From an uncultured bacterium (lineage in GTDB: Bacteria > Fidelibacterota > Marinisomatia > Marinisomatales > UBA1611), in contig CALSPG010000001.1 in the NCBI GenBank assembly GCA_943788175.1, forward strand, positions 160,001-224,000: a DNA stretch of 64,000 nt. The letters run 5' to 3'. The translations under genes and the position numbers were made by a program. Under the pieces are notes generated by a model. It made no database searches, was not told where the DNA came from, and saw only the letters and a list, made by a program, of their open reading frames with translations. Shown here piece by piece: positions 19,539 to 30,347 of this stretch (position 1 is its first letter; each line of letters opens with the position of its first letter).

Positions 19539-20207
19539 ATGTTAAAACCGCAAAGAAAAATTACTCGAAATGAAATAAAAAGAGACCCGCTATTGGATAC
19601 TTTAGAAAAAATCGAATCAGGTTTTGAAAATAATAAAAAAATTGTAACGAATGCTGGGTTGTTAATAATCGCTTTTGTTGTAGGTACTTATATATATTAC
19701 AATAATAGTAAGCAAAATGATTTGGAATCTAATTCTGCTATTGGTATCGCAATGATAGCTTATTCAAATGCAGATTATGAAAATGCGAAATTCCAGTTTG
19801 AAACTGTAGTATCAAATTTTAATGGAACTAATGGATCCAATATTGCACACTATTTTTTGGGCAAAATAGCATTTAAAAATAATAGCTATGATGATGCAAA
19901 GACCTACTTGAATAATTATATAAATTCAGCATCAGATCCGGTTATTGCTTGTGGAGCGATAAAGTTATTACATAGTATTTCATCTCAAGGCGGTAATCAT
20001 GCTGAAAGTCTGGATATTTTAAAAAAAGGCAATAAGTTTAATTTGGGTTCGAGTTCTAAACTTGAATTACAGCTTTTAGAGGTTTATACATATATTAAAT
20101 TAAATGATTTTACTAATGCTCGAGAAAATATAGATGATATTTTGCAATTTAAAAAAATACCATCAAGTGTAAAACAAAAAGCTGATGAGCTAAGCGGAAT
20201 GATGTAG
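19539..20207 (+). CDS. Tetratricopeptide-repeat membrane protein (YfgM-like)
   Basis: Basic N-terminus, single TM segment, TPR-like helices (AHYFLGKIAFKNNSYDDAKTYL). Confidence 0.75.
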   Translation: MLKPQRKITRNEIKRDPLLDTLEKIESGFENNKKIVTNAGLLIIAFVVGTYIYYNNSKQNDLESNSAIGIAMIAYSNADYENAKFQFETVVSNFNGTNGSNIAHYFLGKIAFKNNSYDDAKTYLNNYINSASDPVIACGAIKLLHSISSQGGNHAESLDILKKGNKFNLGSSSKLELQLLEVYTYIKLNDFTNARENIDDILQFKKIPSSVKQKADELSGMM

Positions 20208-20263
20208 TTATTTAATTGTTCTTTCTATTGTAATAATAGTTTTAAATATATAATTTTCCGGAC

Positions 20264-20297
20264 GAAAAGTGGGTTGAAAGACCCACTTTTCTTTTTT
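20264..20297 (+). promoter_or_regulatory. rimP leader hairpin / attenuator
   Basis: Perfect 11-bp stem GAAAAGTGGGT-TGAAAG-ACCCACTTTTC followed by TTTTTT, immediately before rimP ATG 20304; matches the conserved GTGGG/CCCAC rimP-nusA leader. Confidence 0.8.
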
Positions 20298-20303
20298 AAG
20301 ATT

Positions 20304-20741
20304 ATGGATAATTTAAAAAATATAGTATTAAATCATCTTGGTGATGATGTCGAATTAATGGATTTAGTATTTGATTCTAGGTCAGACTATGTCAGGGTTG
20401 TTGTGGATTCTATTGGTAATCTATCTATTGGAAAAACATCGAACATCGCCAAAAAAATTAGAAATGATGAAAGTATGCTTTCAATGTTTCCAAATGGTTG
20501 CAAGCTTGAAGTTGGTACTCCAGGCATTGGAGTCCCTCTTACGAGAAGTTTTCAATACAAAAAAAATATTGGCAGAAAAATATTGTTAGAATATTCTAAT
20601 AATAACGATGAGCCTGTTTCTAAGGTTTATAATTTGGTTAGTGCAGATGACAAGGGTATTAATGTAAAGATTAAAGGCAAGTTAGTCTTTATTAATTACG
20701 ATAATATTATTTCTGCAAAAGTAGAAGTTTCATTTGATTAG
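20304..20741 (+). CDS. rimP: Ribosome maturation factor RimP
   Basis: LEVGTPGIGVPL..YKKNIGRKI; first gene of rimP-nusA-infB. Confidence 0.88.
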   Translation: MDNLKNIVLNHLGDDVELMDLVFDSRSDYVRVVVDSIGNLSIGKTSNIAKKIRNDESMLSMFPNGCKLEVGTPGIGVPLTRSFQYKKNIGRKILLEYSNNNDEPVSKVYNLVSADDKGINVKIKGKLVFINYDNIISAKVEVSFD

Positions 20742-20756
20742 TTATTAGGAGGAGTT

Positions 20757-22064
20757 TTGGTTAATAGAGAATTAATAGAGGTTTTTTCAGAAATTGCTAG
20801 AGAAAAAAATGTTGAGAGATCTGAGCTTGCATCAATTTTGGAAGAGTTGTTTTTATATATAATTGAAAGAGAATACGGTGATTCATCAAATTGTAGTTGT
20901 ATTGTCAACCTGGATAAAGGTGAAATTGAAATATATGCTGAAAAAACTATTGTTGAAGAAATAGATGATTACAAAGTTGAAATTACTCTTGATGAGGCTA
21001 TTGCTAAGGAACCAGAAGAGGCTGAGGGCCTAACTGTTGGTGATGTGTTTGTCGAAGTAATTGACTTGAGAGTTTTTGGCAGAAGAATAATTAGCACAGC
21101 TAAGCACTTTTTTTCTCAAAAGCTCAGAGACGTTGAAAGAAATTATATTTATGAAGATTATGCGAATCGCATAGGTGAGATTGTGATTGGAGTAGTACAT
21201 CAGGTACAAAGAGATAATGTATTTGTCAATATTGATCAGGCTGAACTTCGATTGCCAAAGAGTGAACAGATTTATTCTGAAAGGTACAGAAGAGGTGATA
21301 CCGTACGCAGTATTATAAAATCTGTTGAAATCACATCAAAAGGCCCGGATATTGTTGTAAGTAGAAGTGATAATCATTTTTTAAATAAACTTTTTGAAAT
21401 GGAAGTACCTGAAATTGAAGATGGTATAATTGACATTACTTCTATTGCTAGGCAACCAGGAGAAAGAGCAAAAATAATTGTTCAATCTAACGACCGGCGT
21501 ATAGACCCTGTTGGTGCTTGTGTAGGTATGAGAGGGAGTAGAATTCAAGCAGTAGTGAGAGAGTTAAACAATGAAAAAATTGACATTGTTAATTTTAGTG
21601 AACAACCTGAGATTTTAATTACCAGGGCTCTATCTCCAGCAAAACCAATAAATCTTTATATTGATGAAGAAAAAGAATATTGCATTGCTATTTTTGAAGA
21701 TGAAAACCTCGATTCAGCTATTGGTAGAAACGGTATGAATATAAATTTGGCTTCCAGAGTTACAGGTTATAGGATAGATGCATATGGTGTTAATCAGTAT
21801 AAAAGATTGCAAGATGATCAAAATACATTATTGTCAGATATCGATGGAATTAAAGCTTCCTTTAGTAAGGCTTTAAATGAAGTTAACATTAAAACAGTTG
21901 CTGACTTAATGGACGCGGACGAAGAATCACTTGTTGAGATAAAGAGTCTTTCTTCAGAAAAAGTCGAAATAATATTTTCATCAGTTCAGTTGTTTATTGA
22001 AAGAGAATTAGATGAGCCTGAGGATGTAAATAGTGTAGATTTAAGTATCACTGAAGAAGAATAA
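20757..22064 (+). CDS. nusA: Transcription factor NusA
   Basis: S1 and KH domains; EVPEIEDG, DPVGACVGMRGSRI, AIGRNGMN. Confidence 0.97.
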   Translation: MVNRELIEVFSEIAREKNVERSELASILEELFLYIIEREYGDSSNCSCIVNLDKGEIEIYAEKTIVEEIDDYKVEITLDEAIAKEPEEAEGLTVGDVFVEVIDLRVFGRRIISTAKHFFSQKLRDVERNYIYEDYANRIGEIVIGVVHQVQRDNVFVNIDQAELRLPKSEQIYSERYRRGDTVRSIIKSVEITSKGPDIVVSRSDNHFLNKLFEMEVPEIEDGIIDITSIARQPGERAKIIVQSNDRRIDPVGACVGMRGSRIQAVVRELNNEKIDIVNFSEQPEILITRALSPAKPINLYIDEEKEYCIAIFEDENLDSAIGRNGMNINLASRVTGYRIDAYGVNQYKRLQDDQNTLLSDIDGIKASFSKALNEVNIKTVADLMDADEESLVEIKSLSSEKVEIIFSSVQLFIERELDEPEDVNSVDLSITEEE

Positions 22065-22091
22065 TTCTTAATAATTTAATCAAAGGTAAAA

Positions 22092-24497
22092 ATGGCAATA
22101 GTAAGAATATTTCAAATTGCAAAAGAATTAAACATATCGCACACAGATATTGTAGATTTCTTAAATAAAAAAGGTCTTGATGTTAAAAGCCATATGTCTC
22201 CTGTTGGCGACGAGGTTCGTAATCTTATTATGTCTGAATTTTCAAAAGACAAAATGTTGGTGGATAGGTTTAGGAAAGAGCAAGTAAGAAAAGAAATTCA
22301 TGATACTAGATTGAAAGACAAGCAAGAATCTCAAAAAAAGCTTCAATTATTGAGTCTTCAAGATCAGCGCGAGTTGGAAAAAAAAGAAAGACTTAAAAGC
22401 GAAAAAGAAAAAGAGGCGATAGAAAAGAAAAAAATAGAGGATCAAAAAAGTTCTCCTGAGAAAATCTCTGGAGATAGAGTAAAAGAAATTAAAAAGAAGC
22501 TTACTCCTTCAAAGAAGCCAAAACTAAGAAAAATAAATCTAACAAATATTAGATCGGAAATTAGTCAGCCAGGTTCCACGAAATTTGAAAAAAGCCCAAA
22601 AGGTAAAACTGAAAAATCTTCTAAAAATGTTGAAACCAAGGTTAAGGAAACGCTTGCTGCTATTGGCACTAAGAAAAAGAAAAAAGTATATAAAAAATCA
22701 AAATTAAAATCTGATATTATTGACGAAAATGATGATATCGAAAGATCAATAAAAATACCTGAATTTTCCAGCGTTGATGAACTTTCAAAAATTTTCGGAG
22801 TCTCTTCTAGTGATATCATTGCATTTTGCCTAGAACTTGGTACTCTGGCTACAATCAATCAGCGATTGGACTGGGATTCTATTGAATTAATAGCTAATCA
22901 TTTTGAATATAATGCCGAGAAGATAAATGATGTCACAGAAGACCTTTTTTCCTTTGAGTATTCCGACGAGGATAAAAAAAATTCTGTAAGTAGGTCTCCA
23001 GTAGTTACGGTAATGGGACATGTAGATCACGGAAAGACTAGCCTTCTTGATTTTATTAGAAACTCTAAAGTCGCTGATGGTGAATCTGGTGGGATAACTC
23101 AGCATATTGGCGCCTATAAAGTAGATGTCAAGGCACAAAAATCAATTACATTTTTAGATACTCCTGGTCATGAAGCTTTTACCGCTATGCGTGCGAGAGG
23201 TGCTCAAGTCACAGATATTGTTATTTTAATTGTAGCAGCAGATGATGCTGTGATGCCGCAAACAAAGGAAGCTATTAGTCATTCAAAAGCTGCCGGTGTC
23301 CCAATGATTGTGGCTATAAATAAGTGTGATAAACCTGGAGCTGATCCAGATAAGGTTAAACGTGAGTTATCAGAAAATGATGTTTTAGTTGAAAGTTGGG
23401 GTGGCAAAGTTCAGTCAGTAGAAATTAGTGCTCTTAATGGTGACGGTGTGGATAGCTTGTTAGATAGTCTACTTTTAGAAACCGAAATTCTTGATTTAAA
23501 AGCGAATAAGGAATGTCTCGCTGTCGGTACTGTCATTGATTCTAAATTAGACAAAGGTCTAGGTCCAATAGGTACCGTCTTAGTTCAAAAAGGCACATTA
23601 AAAGTTGGCGATCCTTTTATATGTAATGATTTTGCTGGAAAAGTTAGAAGTATTATGAATGAAAATGGTGAGAGATTAAAGACTGCTGAACCGTCTGACG
23701 CTGTGCAGCTACAAGGTTTTAACACTGTTCCAAAAGCGGGAGATCTTATTGCAGTGCTTCAGAATGAAAAGGACCTTAAAAAGATTTCAAATGAGAGGCA
23801 AAAAACCCGAAGAGAAATTGAACAAAAGAGAATGTCTTTTTCATTGGATTCAATGTCCGCACTAATAAAAGAAGGTTCTATTAAATCACTACCTGTTATT
23901 TTAAAAGGAGATGTTGACGGATCTATTGATGCTATTTCTGAAAGTTTAATGAAACTCAATAATAACGAAGTTGAAATAAAAGTCATTCATAGTGCAGTAG
24001 GAATGGTAACGGAGTCAGACGTTCTTCTGGCTGATGCTTCGAATGCAGTAATCGTGGCTTTTGGGGTTCAGATTTCCTCGAATGCAAAGCTCCAGGCTTC
24101 GCAAGCTGGCGTAGATATTCGCACTTATAATGTAATATATAATGTTGTTGATGAAATAAAATTGGCTCTAGAGGGTTTATTAGATCCTGATAAAATAGAA
24201 AAAGTAGTAGGTAAAGCGCTTGTTCAGCAACAATTTAAAATTCCTAACATAGGTTTTATCGCTGGTTCTAAAGTTATAGAAGGTGTAATTAAGAGAAATA
24301 TGAGTGCCCGTTTATACCGAGATGACGAATTGTTTATTGAAGGAAAAATTGAATCTTTAAAGCGATTCAAGGATGACGTGAAAGATGTAAAAGATGGGCT
24401 AGAGTGTGGTATTGGTATTTCAGGTATGAAAAAATACCTTGAGGGCGACGTAATTGAGGTTTTCGAAGTTGAAGAAATAAAAAGAACTTTGGATTAA
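22092..24497 (+). CDS. infB: Translation initiation factor IF-2
   Basis: GHVDHGKT, DTPGHEAF, NKCD, LKRFKDDVKDV..GLECGI. Confidence 0.98.
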   Translation: MAIVRIFQIAKELNISHTDIVDFLNKKGLDVKSHMSPVGDEVRNLIMSEFSKDKMLVDRFRKEQVRKEIHDTRLKDKQESQKKLQLLSLQDQRELEKKERLKSEKEKEAIEKKKIEDQKSSPEKISGDRVKEIKKKLTPSKKPKLRKINLTNIRSEISQPGSTKFEKSPKGKTEKSSKNVETKVKETLAAIGTKKKKKVYKKSKLKSDIIDENDDIERSIKIPEFSSVDELSKIFGVSSSDIIAFCLELGTLATINQRLDWDSIELIANHFEYNAEKINDVTEDLFSFEYSDEDKKNSVSRSPVVTVMGHVDHGKTSLLDFIRNSKVADGESGGITQHIGAYKVDVKAQKSITFLDTPGHEAFTAMRARGAQVTDIVILIVAADDAVMPQTKEAISHSKAAGVPMIVAINKCDKPGADPDKVKRELSENDVLVESWGGKVQSVEISALNGDGVDSLLDSLLLETEILDLKANKECLAVGTVIDSKLDKGLGPIGTVLVQKGTLKVGDPFICNDFAGKVRSIMNENGERLKTAEPSDAVQLQGFNTVPKAGDLIAVLQNEKDLKKISNERQKTRREIEQKRMSFSLDSMSALIKEGSIKSLPVILKGDVDGSIDAISESLMKLNNNEVEIKVIHSAVGMVTESDVLLADASNAVIVAFGVQISSNAKLQASQAGVDIRTYNVIYNVVDEIKLALEGLLDPDKIEKVVGKALVQQQFKIPNIGFIAGSKVIEGVIKRNMSARLYRDDELFIEGKIESLKRFKDDVKDVKDGLECGIGISGMKKYLEGDVIEVFEVEEIKRTLD

Positions 24498-24504
24498 ATT
24501 TAAT

Positions 24505-24873
24505 TTGGATCATAACAAACCTTACGATCGTATTGATAGAGTAAATAATCAGATCTTAGATATCTTGAGTTCTATATTACATAAGAATATTGATTTAAGT
24601 CGCTTGGGGTTTGTAACATTCACAAAAGTAGATGTTGCTAGAGATTTGCGTGTAGCAAAAGTATTTTATAGTGTGTTAAATCAAACCCTTCGAAAAAAAC
24701 AATTAAACATAGAAATTAATAAACATCGAAAGCCATTTAAGAAATATCTGGGGCCTGAATTAACAATGAAACATACCCCTGACTTACGATTTTATTTTGA
24801 TGATACATATGAATACACAGAGTATGTATCTACTCTAATTAAAAAACTCAAAATAAGTGATAATAAATATTGA
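24505..24873 (+). CDS. rbfA: Ribosome-binding factor A
   Basis: RIDRVN..VTFTKVDVARDLRVAKVFYS..TPDLRFYFD. Confidence 0.92.
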   Translation: MDHNKPYDRIDRVNNQILDILSSILHKNIDLSRLGFVTFTKVDVARDLRVAKVFYSVLNQTLRKKQLNIEINKHRKPFKKYLGPELTMKHTPDLRFYFDDTYEYTEYVSTLIKKLKISDNKY

Positions 24874-25510
24874 TAAGCCAGTTGACTGGACGTCTTTTGA
24901 CGTTGTTAAAAAAATAAGAAATGTAACCAAGCATAAAAAGGTTGGACACGGAGGAACTCTCGATCCTTTTGCTACTGGCGTTTTAATTATTGGAACCGAA
25001 AAAGACACTAAGCAACTTTCATCTATTACCAATTCAGATAAAGAGTACATTGCAGAATTAAAATTAGGTGAGACAACTAATACGTTGGACACAGAGGGTG
25101 AAATAGTAGAAGAGATTTCCGTCCCTACCATTGATGAGAATCTTGTAAATAGCGTTTTAAAAACTTTTTTAGGAAAGCAAAAACAAAGGCCACCTATGTT
25201 TTCTGCTAAGAAAAAAAATGGTACTAGACTCTACAAATTAGCTAGAAAAAATATTGAAGTAGAAAGAGAAAAAATTGACGTTATGATAAACAGCATTTAC
25301 ATTAATGATTTTTCTAGAGACAAAATAAGTTTTAGCGTTAATTGCTCGAAGGGTACATATATACGAGTTCTTGGAGCAGATATTGCAAAAAAAATTGGCA
25401 CAGTTGGATATTTAATTAACCTAAGAAGAACAAAGGTTGGTGATTTTGCGGTCACAGAATCCCTACCTTTAGAAGAATTTATTTCATCATGGAAGTCCAT
25501 TACGGCCTAA
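24857..25510 (+). CDS. truB: tRNA pseudouridine(55) synthase
   Basis: KVGHGGTLDPFATGVL, PPMFSA, CSKGTYIR. Confidence 0.96.
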   Translation: MIINIDKPVDWTSFDVVKKIRNVTKHKKVGHGGTLDPFATGVLIIGTEKDTKQLSSITNSDKEYIAELKLGETTNTLDTEGEIVEEISVPTIDENLVNSVLKTFLGKQKQRPPMFSAKKKNGTRLYKLARKNIEVEREKIDVMINSIYINDFSRDKISFSVNCSKGTYIRVLGADIAKKIGTVGYLINLRRTKVGDFAVTESLPLEEFISSWKSITA

Positions 25511-26436
25511 GTACTTTTAAAAAGCTCGGTAGTAGTGTTATTACGATTGGTTCATATGATGGTATTCACAGAGGGCATTTTCAATTAATTAATAAAGTTA
25601 AATCTTTGGCTGTTTTAAATGGTCTTAAATCTGTCTTAATAACTTTTAATCCTCACCCAAGAAGTGTAATAAATAAAAAAGAGGGTACAATTAACCTTAT
25701 AATGAGCCTGGATAGAAAAATTGAAATCTTAAGTGAAATGGGTCTAGATATATTAGTTGTTCTTGAATTTGATTTAAGTCTAATGATGATAGAAGCAAAA
25801 ATATTCTTAGATAATATTGTAGTTAAGTATTTTAGTCCATTAACTATAATTGCGGGTGAAAACCATGCTTTTGGATTTAAGAGAACAGGAGATACAAAAT
25901 TTCTTGGTGATTATTGTAAAAACAATAATATTCAATTTGAAATTGTCGAACCTTTAAAAGATGGTGAAATAATTATTTCTAGCACTAATATCAGAAAGCT
26001 AATTGATAGCGGCTATATAAGGAGGGCAAATTATGAATTGGGATCAATTTTTGGATTTTACGCTAAAGTTGTTAGTGGTTCAGGCAGAGGCCATAAATTA
26101 AAATACCCTACAGCTAACCTTGTTTCAGTTGACAAAAATCAGTTGTACCCTAAAAAAGGGGTGTATTTTACTAGGTGTATTATTCATGGACTTAGTCGTT
26201 ATGGAATGTGTAATTTCGGACACAGACCAACCTTTGAAGAAAATGAGTTAGTTCTCGAAGTTCATATCTTTGGGGACATCCCAAATAATCTGTATGGTAA
26301 CATTATTTGGATTGAGTTTTTAGAAAGAATTAGGAATGAGAAGAAGTTTTCTTCAGCAAATAATTTAACTAATCAATTAGAGAAAGATGAAAAAAGATGT
26401 TTATCTCTAAAGTACAAATACGAACTAGGAGTATAG
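25489..26436 (+). CDS. ribF: Bifunctional riboflavin kinase/FAD synthetase
   Basis: GSYDGIHRGH, ISSTNIR, YPTANL, GHRPTF, LEVHI. Confidence 0.95.
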   Translation: MEVHYGLSTFKKLGSSVITIGSYDGIHRGHFQLINKVKSLAVLNGLKSVLITFNPHPRSVINKKEGTINLIMSLDRKIEILSEMGLDILVVLEFDLSLMMIEAKIFLDNIVVKYFSPLTIIAGENHAFGFKRTGDTKFLGDYCKNNNIQFEIVEPLKDGEIIISSTNIRKLIDSGYIRRANYELGSIFGFYAKVVSGSGRGHKLKYPTANLVSVDKNQLYPKKGVYFTRCIIHGLSRYGMCNFGHRPTFEENELVLEVHIFGDIPNNLYGNIIWIEFLERIRNEKKFSSANNLTNQLEKDEKRCLSLKYKYELGV

Positions 26437-26437
26437 G

Positions 26438-26707
26438 ATGCCTATTACAAAAGAAGATAAAGAAAAAATTATAAAAAAATTTGGGAAGAGTAAAGATGAC
26501 ACCGGCGCAACTGAGGTGCAAGTGGCTATATTATCCCATAGAATCTCAGAATTAACAGAACACGTAAAAATACATAAAAAAGATAAGCACACTAGAAGAG
26601 GATTAGTGCAATTAGTTTCTCAAAGAAAAAAATTGCTAAAATATTTGTCAAAGACAAATGCTAAATCCTATGTAACGCTTATTAAAGAATTATCAATTCG
26701 TGGATAG
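26438..26707 (+). CDS. rpsO: 30S ribosomal protein S15
   Basis: DTGATEVQVAILS..HKKDKHTRRGL. Confidence 0.97.
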   Translation: MPITKEDKEKIIKKFGKSKDDTGATEVQVAILSHRISELTEHVKIHKKDKHTRRGLVQLVSQRKKLLKYLSKTNAKSYVTLIKELSIRG

Positions 26708-26726
26708 AAGGAAAAAATAGAAAATT

Positions 26727-28883
26727 ATGAAAAATGTTGAAAAAGAAATAGGCGGTAAAACGCTGACGTTGGAGACTGGAAAGATTGCTAGGCAATCTGC
26801 GGGATCTATTGTATTAACTTATGGAGAAACAGTTTTGTTAGTAGCTGTTAATGCTGCTAAAGAAGCTAGGGAAGATATAGGATATTTCCCTCTGCAAGTA
26901 GAGTATCGCGAAAAACATTACGCTAGTGGTAAAATACCTGGAGGTTTTTTCAAAAGAGAAGCTAGGCCTACTGAAGGAGAAGTTTTAACTAGTCGTTTAA
27001 CAGATAGGCCAATAAGGCCCCTGTTTCCAAAATCATTTAAAAATGAAACTCAGGTAATGGTTACTGTCCTGCAAAGTGATGGTGAAAACCTTTCTGATAC
27101 ATGGGCTGGCGTTGGAGCATCAGCTGCTCTGCTCATTTCTAATATTCCTTGGAATGGTCCTATTGCAACTGTCAGAGTAGGTCTGATTGGTTCTGATTTT
27201 GTTTTTAATCCGACTAGGGAACAACTTGGTGAATGCCTATTTGAAATGGTTGTGTCTGGTAACAAAGAAAATATTGTTATGGTTGAGGGCGAGGCTAAGG
27301 AAGTCAAAGAAGATGTAATTATTGAGGGTCTTAAATATGCTCACAAGTATATTCTTGAGATAATATCAGTTCAAGAGGACTTAGCATCAATGCTTGATAT
27401 TTCAAAAATGGACATATCTGAAGTTGCTCAAAATACTGAGTTAGATGCATTTGTTAAAGATGATTTCAGCGATAAAATTGATCAAATTGTCAAAATAACT
27501 GATAAGGTCGTCAGGAATGAATCCAAAACAGAATTAACGGAAGCAATATTATCTTCTGCTAACGAAAAATTTCCTGAACAAGAAAAAGAAATAAAATCCA
27601 TTATTGATGTGCTATTTAAAGAATCAATGAGAGAGATGATCTTATCAGACGGTGTAAGAAGCGATGGACGTGCAACAACAGATATTCGTGAAATAACAAT
27701 CGATCCTTCTATCTTAAAAAGAGTTCATGGATCCGCTTTATTTACTAGAGGAGAAACGCAAGCACTGGTTGTAACTACCCTTGGTTCAAAAAGAGATGAA
27801 ATGATAATTGATAGTATGGATGAAGATTATAAAAAGAATTATTATTTGCACTATAATTTCCCTCCATATTGTGTTGGCGAAGTTGGTCGTATTGGATTTA
27901 CAAGCAGGCGAGAGATTGGTCATGGAAATCTCGCTCAAAGGGCAATAAAGCCAGCGCTTCCAGATTATGATGATTTTCCTTACACGATTAGAATTGTTTC
28001 TGAAATAATGGAGTCAAATGGATCTTCATCCATGGCCTCTGTTTGTGGCGGTTCGATATCATTGATGTGCGCGGGTGCTCCTTTAAAAGGGCATGTTGCG
28101 GGCATCGCAATGGGTTTAATCACTGATGGAACTAGAAACGCTGTATTAAGTGATATACTTGGTTTAGAGGACCATCTTGGTGATATGGACTTTAAGATTG
28201 CAGGTACTCGAGAAGGTGTAACAGCAATCCAGCTTGACTTGAAGATTGATGGCATATCTTTTGATCTTATGACTGAAGCACTTAGTCAGGCAAATGCAGG
28301 TAGAATGCATATTCTAGATAAAATGTACGAATCTGTACCTGAGGTAAGAGAGCTATCGGAATTTGCTCCTAGAATTACCTCAATTCAGATTAACCCTGAG
28401 AAGATTGGTGCTCTAATAGGCCCTGGTGGTAAAAATATTAAAAAAATCATTGAAGATACCGAATGTGAGGTTAATGTAGATGATGATGGTATAGTTACCG
28501 TTGCAGGACAAGATGCGGCAAAATGTGAAGAAGCAATAAAGTTAGTTGAGGCGATTACATTCGAACCTGAAGTAGGTATGGAATTTGATGGCAAGGTTAC
28601 AAGGCTGATGAATTTCGGAGCATTTGTGGAGTTTGCGCCTGGTCGTGAAGGTCTCGTCCATATTTCAGAGTTAGAATGGAGCAGAGTCGATAAGGTTGAA
28701 GATGTCTGTGGACCTGGCGATGCAATGAAAATAAAACTTATGAAAATTGATGATCAAGGCAGGCTTGATTTTAGTAGAAAAGCACTACTCGAAAAGCCTG
28801 AAGGCTGGACACCACCTCCAAAGCGTGATAGAAACCAAGGTAGCAGAGATAGAGGTAGAAAACCTTTTAAAGGTAGAAGATAA
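26727..28883 (+). CDS. pnp: Polyribonucleotide nucleotidyltransferase
   Basis: IPGGFFKRE, RREIGHG, ESNGSSSMAS, GDMDFK, KH and S1 domains. Confidence 0.98.
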   Translation: MKNVEKEIGGKTLTLETGKIARQSAGSIVLTYGETVLLVAVNAAKEAREDIGYFPLQVEYREKHYASGKIPGGFFKREARPTEGEVLTSRLTDRPIRPLFPKSFKNETQVMVTVLQSDGENLSDTWAGVGASAALLISNIPWNGPIATVRVGLIGSDFVFNPTREQLGECLFEMVVSGNKENIVMVEGEAKEVKEDVIIEGLKYAHKYILEIISVQEDLASMLDISKMDISEVAQNTELDAFVKDDFSDKIDQIVKITDKVVRNESKTELTEAILSSANEKFPEQEKEIKSIIDVLFKESMREMILSDGVRSDGRATTDIREITIDPSILKRVHGSALFTRGETQALVVTTLGSKRDEMIIDSMDEDYKKNYYLHYNFPPYCVGEVGRIGFTSRREIGHGNLAQRAIKPALPDYDDFPYTIRIVSEIMESNGSSSMASVCGGSISLMCAGAPLKGHVAGIAMGLITDGTRNAVLSDILGLEDHLGDMDFKIAGTREGVTAIQLDLKIDGISFDLMTEALSQANAGRMHILDKMYESVPEVRELSEFAPRITSIQINPEKIGALIGPGGKNIKKIIEDTECEVNVDDDGIVTVAGQDAAKCEEAIKLVEAITFEPEVGMEFDGKVTRLMNFGAFVEFAPGREGLVHISELEWSRVDKVEDVCGPGDAMKIKLMKIDDQGRLDFSRKALLEKPEGWTPPPKRDRNQGSRDRGRKPFKGRR

Positions 28884-28977
28884 TTCTATTGAATAAATAA
28901 GTATGAAAACTTTAAGGTTTGACGTTTCAAATGTCGTTTTGACTTTTCAGTCCAGCCTTAAAGTGTTGTATCCTTAA

Positions 28978-30285
28978 ATGTCTCCACGTTTATCTTCTTA
29001 TTACAAACAAAGAGAGCCTTCATCAATTAGAAAGGCTCAGATTTCTTATAAATCTAGGGTAGATATATCAGAATTAGATGTCATTAATCTTGCCATCGGC
29101 AATGTTTCTCTTCCAATGCATCCTACTATGATCGCCAGAGCAGAAAACTTACTAAGTGAAGACTCTCCTTTTAAAGATGGGGTTGTACGCTATAGTTCTA
29201 GTGAAGGAACTAGCGAATGTGCTGATGCTATAATTAAATCTATTAGTGCAGAGCTAACAGTTGATTTGAGCAAAGACATTCATTGCGTTATCACTGATGG
29301 TGGATCTCAGGCTATGGAGTTAATGCTTTTAGGTATATGTGACCCGCTAAGTGATAAACCTATATTATTTATTGACCCATTATATACGAATTATAATGAA
29401 TTTTCTAAAAGACTTTCAATTTCCAGTGTTTCTTTTTACCGATCATTAAACGATGATGGATTTTTTTCTGAAATAGATATTACCCGGTTGCGTAAGCAAG
29501 TAGAAAAAAATAAACCTAATGGAATATTAATTATCCCATCCGATAATCCTACTGGGCAGCAAATTTCAAGAAAATCAATTATTGAAATTGCGCAACTTTG
29601 TGTTGAAAAGGATATCTGGTTAATTAGTGATGAGGCATATCGGAATATTTATTTTACGAATAATGGTCCATCGAGTATTTGGAATATATCTTCAGAAGAG
29701 GTGCCTGGAATAGTTGGTAGAAGGATTAGCATTGAATCTGTATCGAAAGTTTGGAATGCTTGTGGTTTGCGTATAGGTGCTTTAGTAACAGATAATGAAG
29801 ATATGTATAAAAAAGTAAGATCTGAGTACACTGCCAATCTTTGTGCAAATGTTATCGGACAATATATATTTTCATCTGTTGCAAACTTGAATCCAATAGA
29901 CATTGTTAGATGGTATAATAGTCAAAGAAATTATTATTTAAAAATAATCGATGAATTAGTATTTGGATTTAGAAAAGTGTTGCCAAGATTAATAATTTCA
30001 AAACCTCAAGCTGCAATTTACATTGTATTAGATTTTAAAAATATCGTACCAGTAAGTTTTAATATTTCAGATTTTATTGATTATTGCGCTTATTACGGTA
30101 GGTGTAATATTGACTCTAAAATTTACACTTTATTACTTGCGCCAATGACGGGGTTTTATTCTGATAGTAATACTGGAAGTAAGCAGGCAAGGATTGCATT
30201 AGTCGAACCTGAAGATAAAATGAAAATAGTACCTGAATTATTATCAAAATTATTAGATGATTTTATGCTTTATCAAAAGAGCTAA
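28978..30285 (+). CDS. PLP-dependent aminotransferase class I/II
   Basis: DNPTG, LISDEAY, SVSKVWNACGLRIG (PLP Lys). Confidence 0.88.
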   Translation: MSPRLSSYYKQREPSSIRKAQISYKSRVDISELDVINLAIGNVSLPMHPTMIARAENLLSEDSPFKDGVVRYSSSEGTSECADAIIKSISAELTVDLSKDIHCVITDGGSQAMELMLLGICDPLSDKPILFIDPLYTNYNEFSKRLSISSVSFYRSLNDDGFFSEIDITRLRKQVEKNKPNGILIIPSDNPTGQQISRKSIIEIAQLCVEKDIWLISDEAYRNIYFTNNGPSSIWNISSEEVPGIVGRRISIESVSKVWNACGLRIGALVTDNEDMYKKVRSEYTANLCANVIGQYIFSSVANLNPIDIVRWYNSQRNYYLKIIDELVFGFRKVLPRLIISKPQAAIYIVLDFKNIVPVSFNISDFIDYCAYYGRCNIDSKIYTLLLAPMTGFYSDSNTGSKQARIALVEPEDKMKIVPELLSKLLDDFMLYQKS

Positions 30286-30347
30286 TTATGCTTGCTACAA
30301 TATTTTATTGTTATTAATATAAAGTAATATGTTAAGTAGAATTAAAT

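Noticed and set aside
20274-20303. TTG start for rimP at 20274
   Set aside because: It falls inside the leader hairpin; ATG 20304 gives a normal-length RimP.
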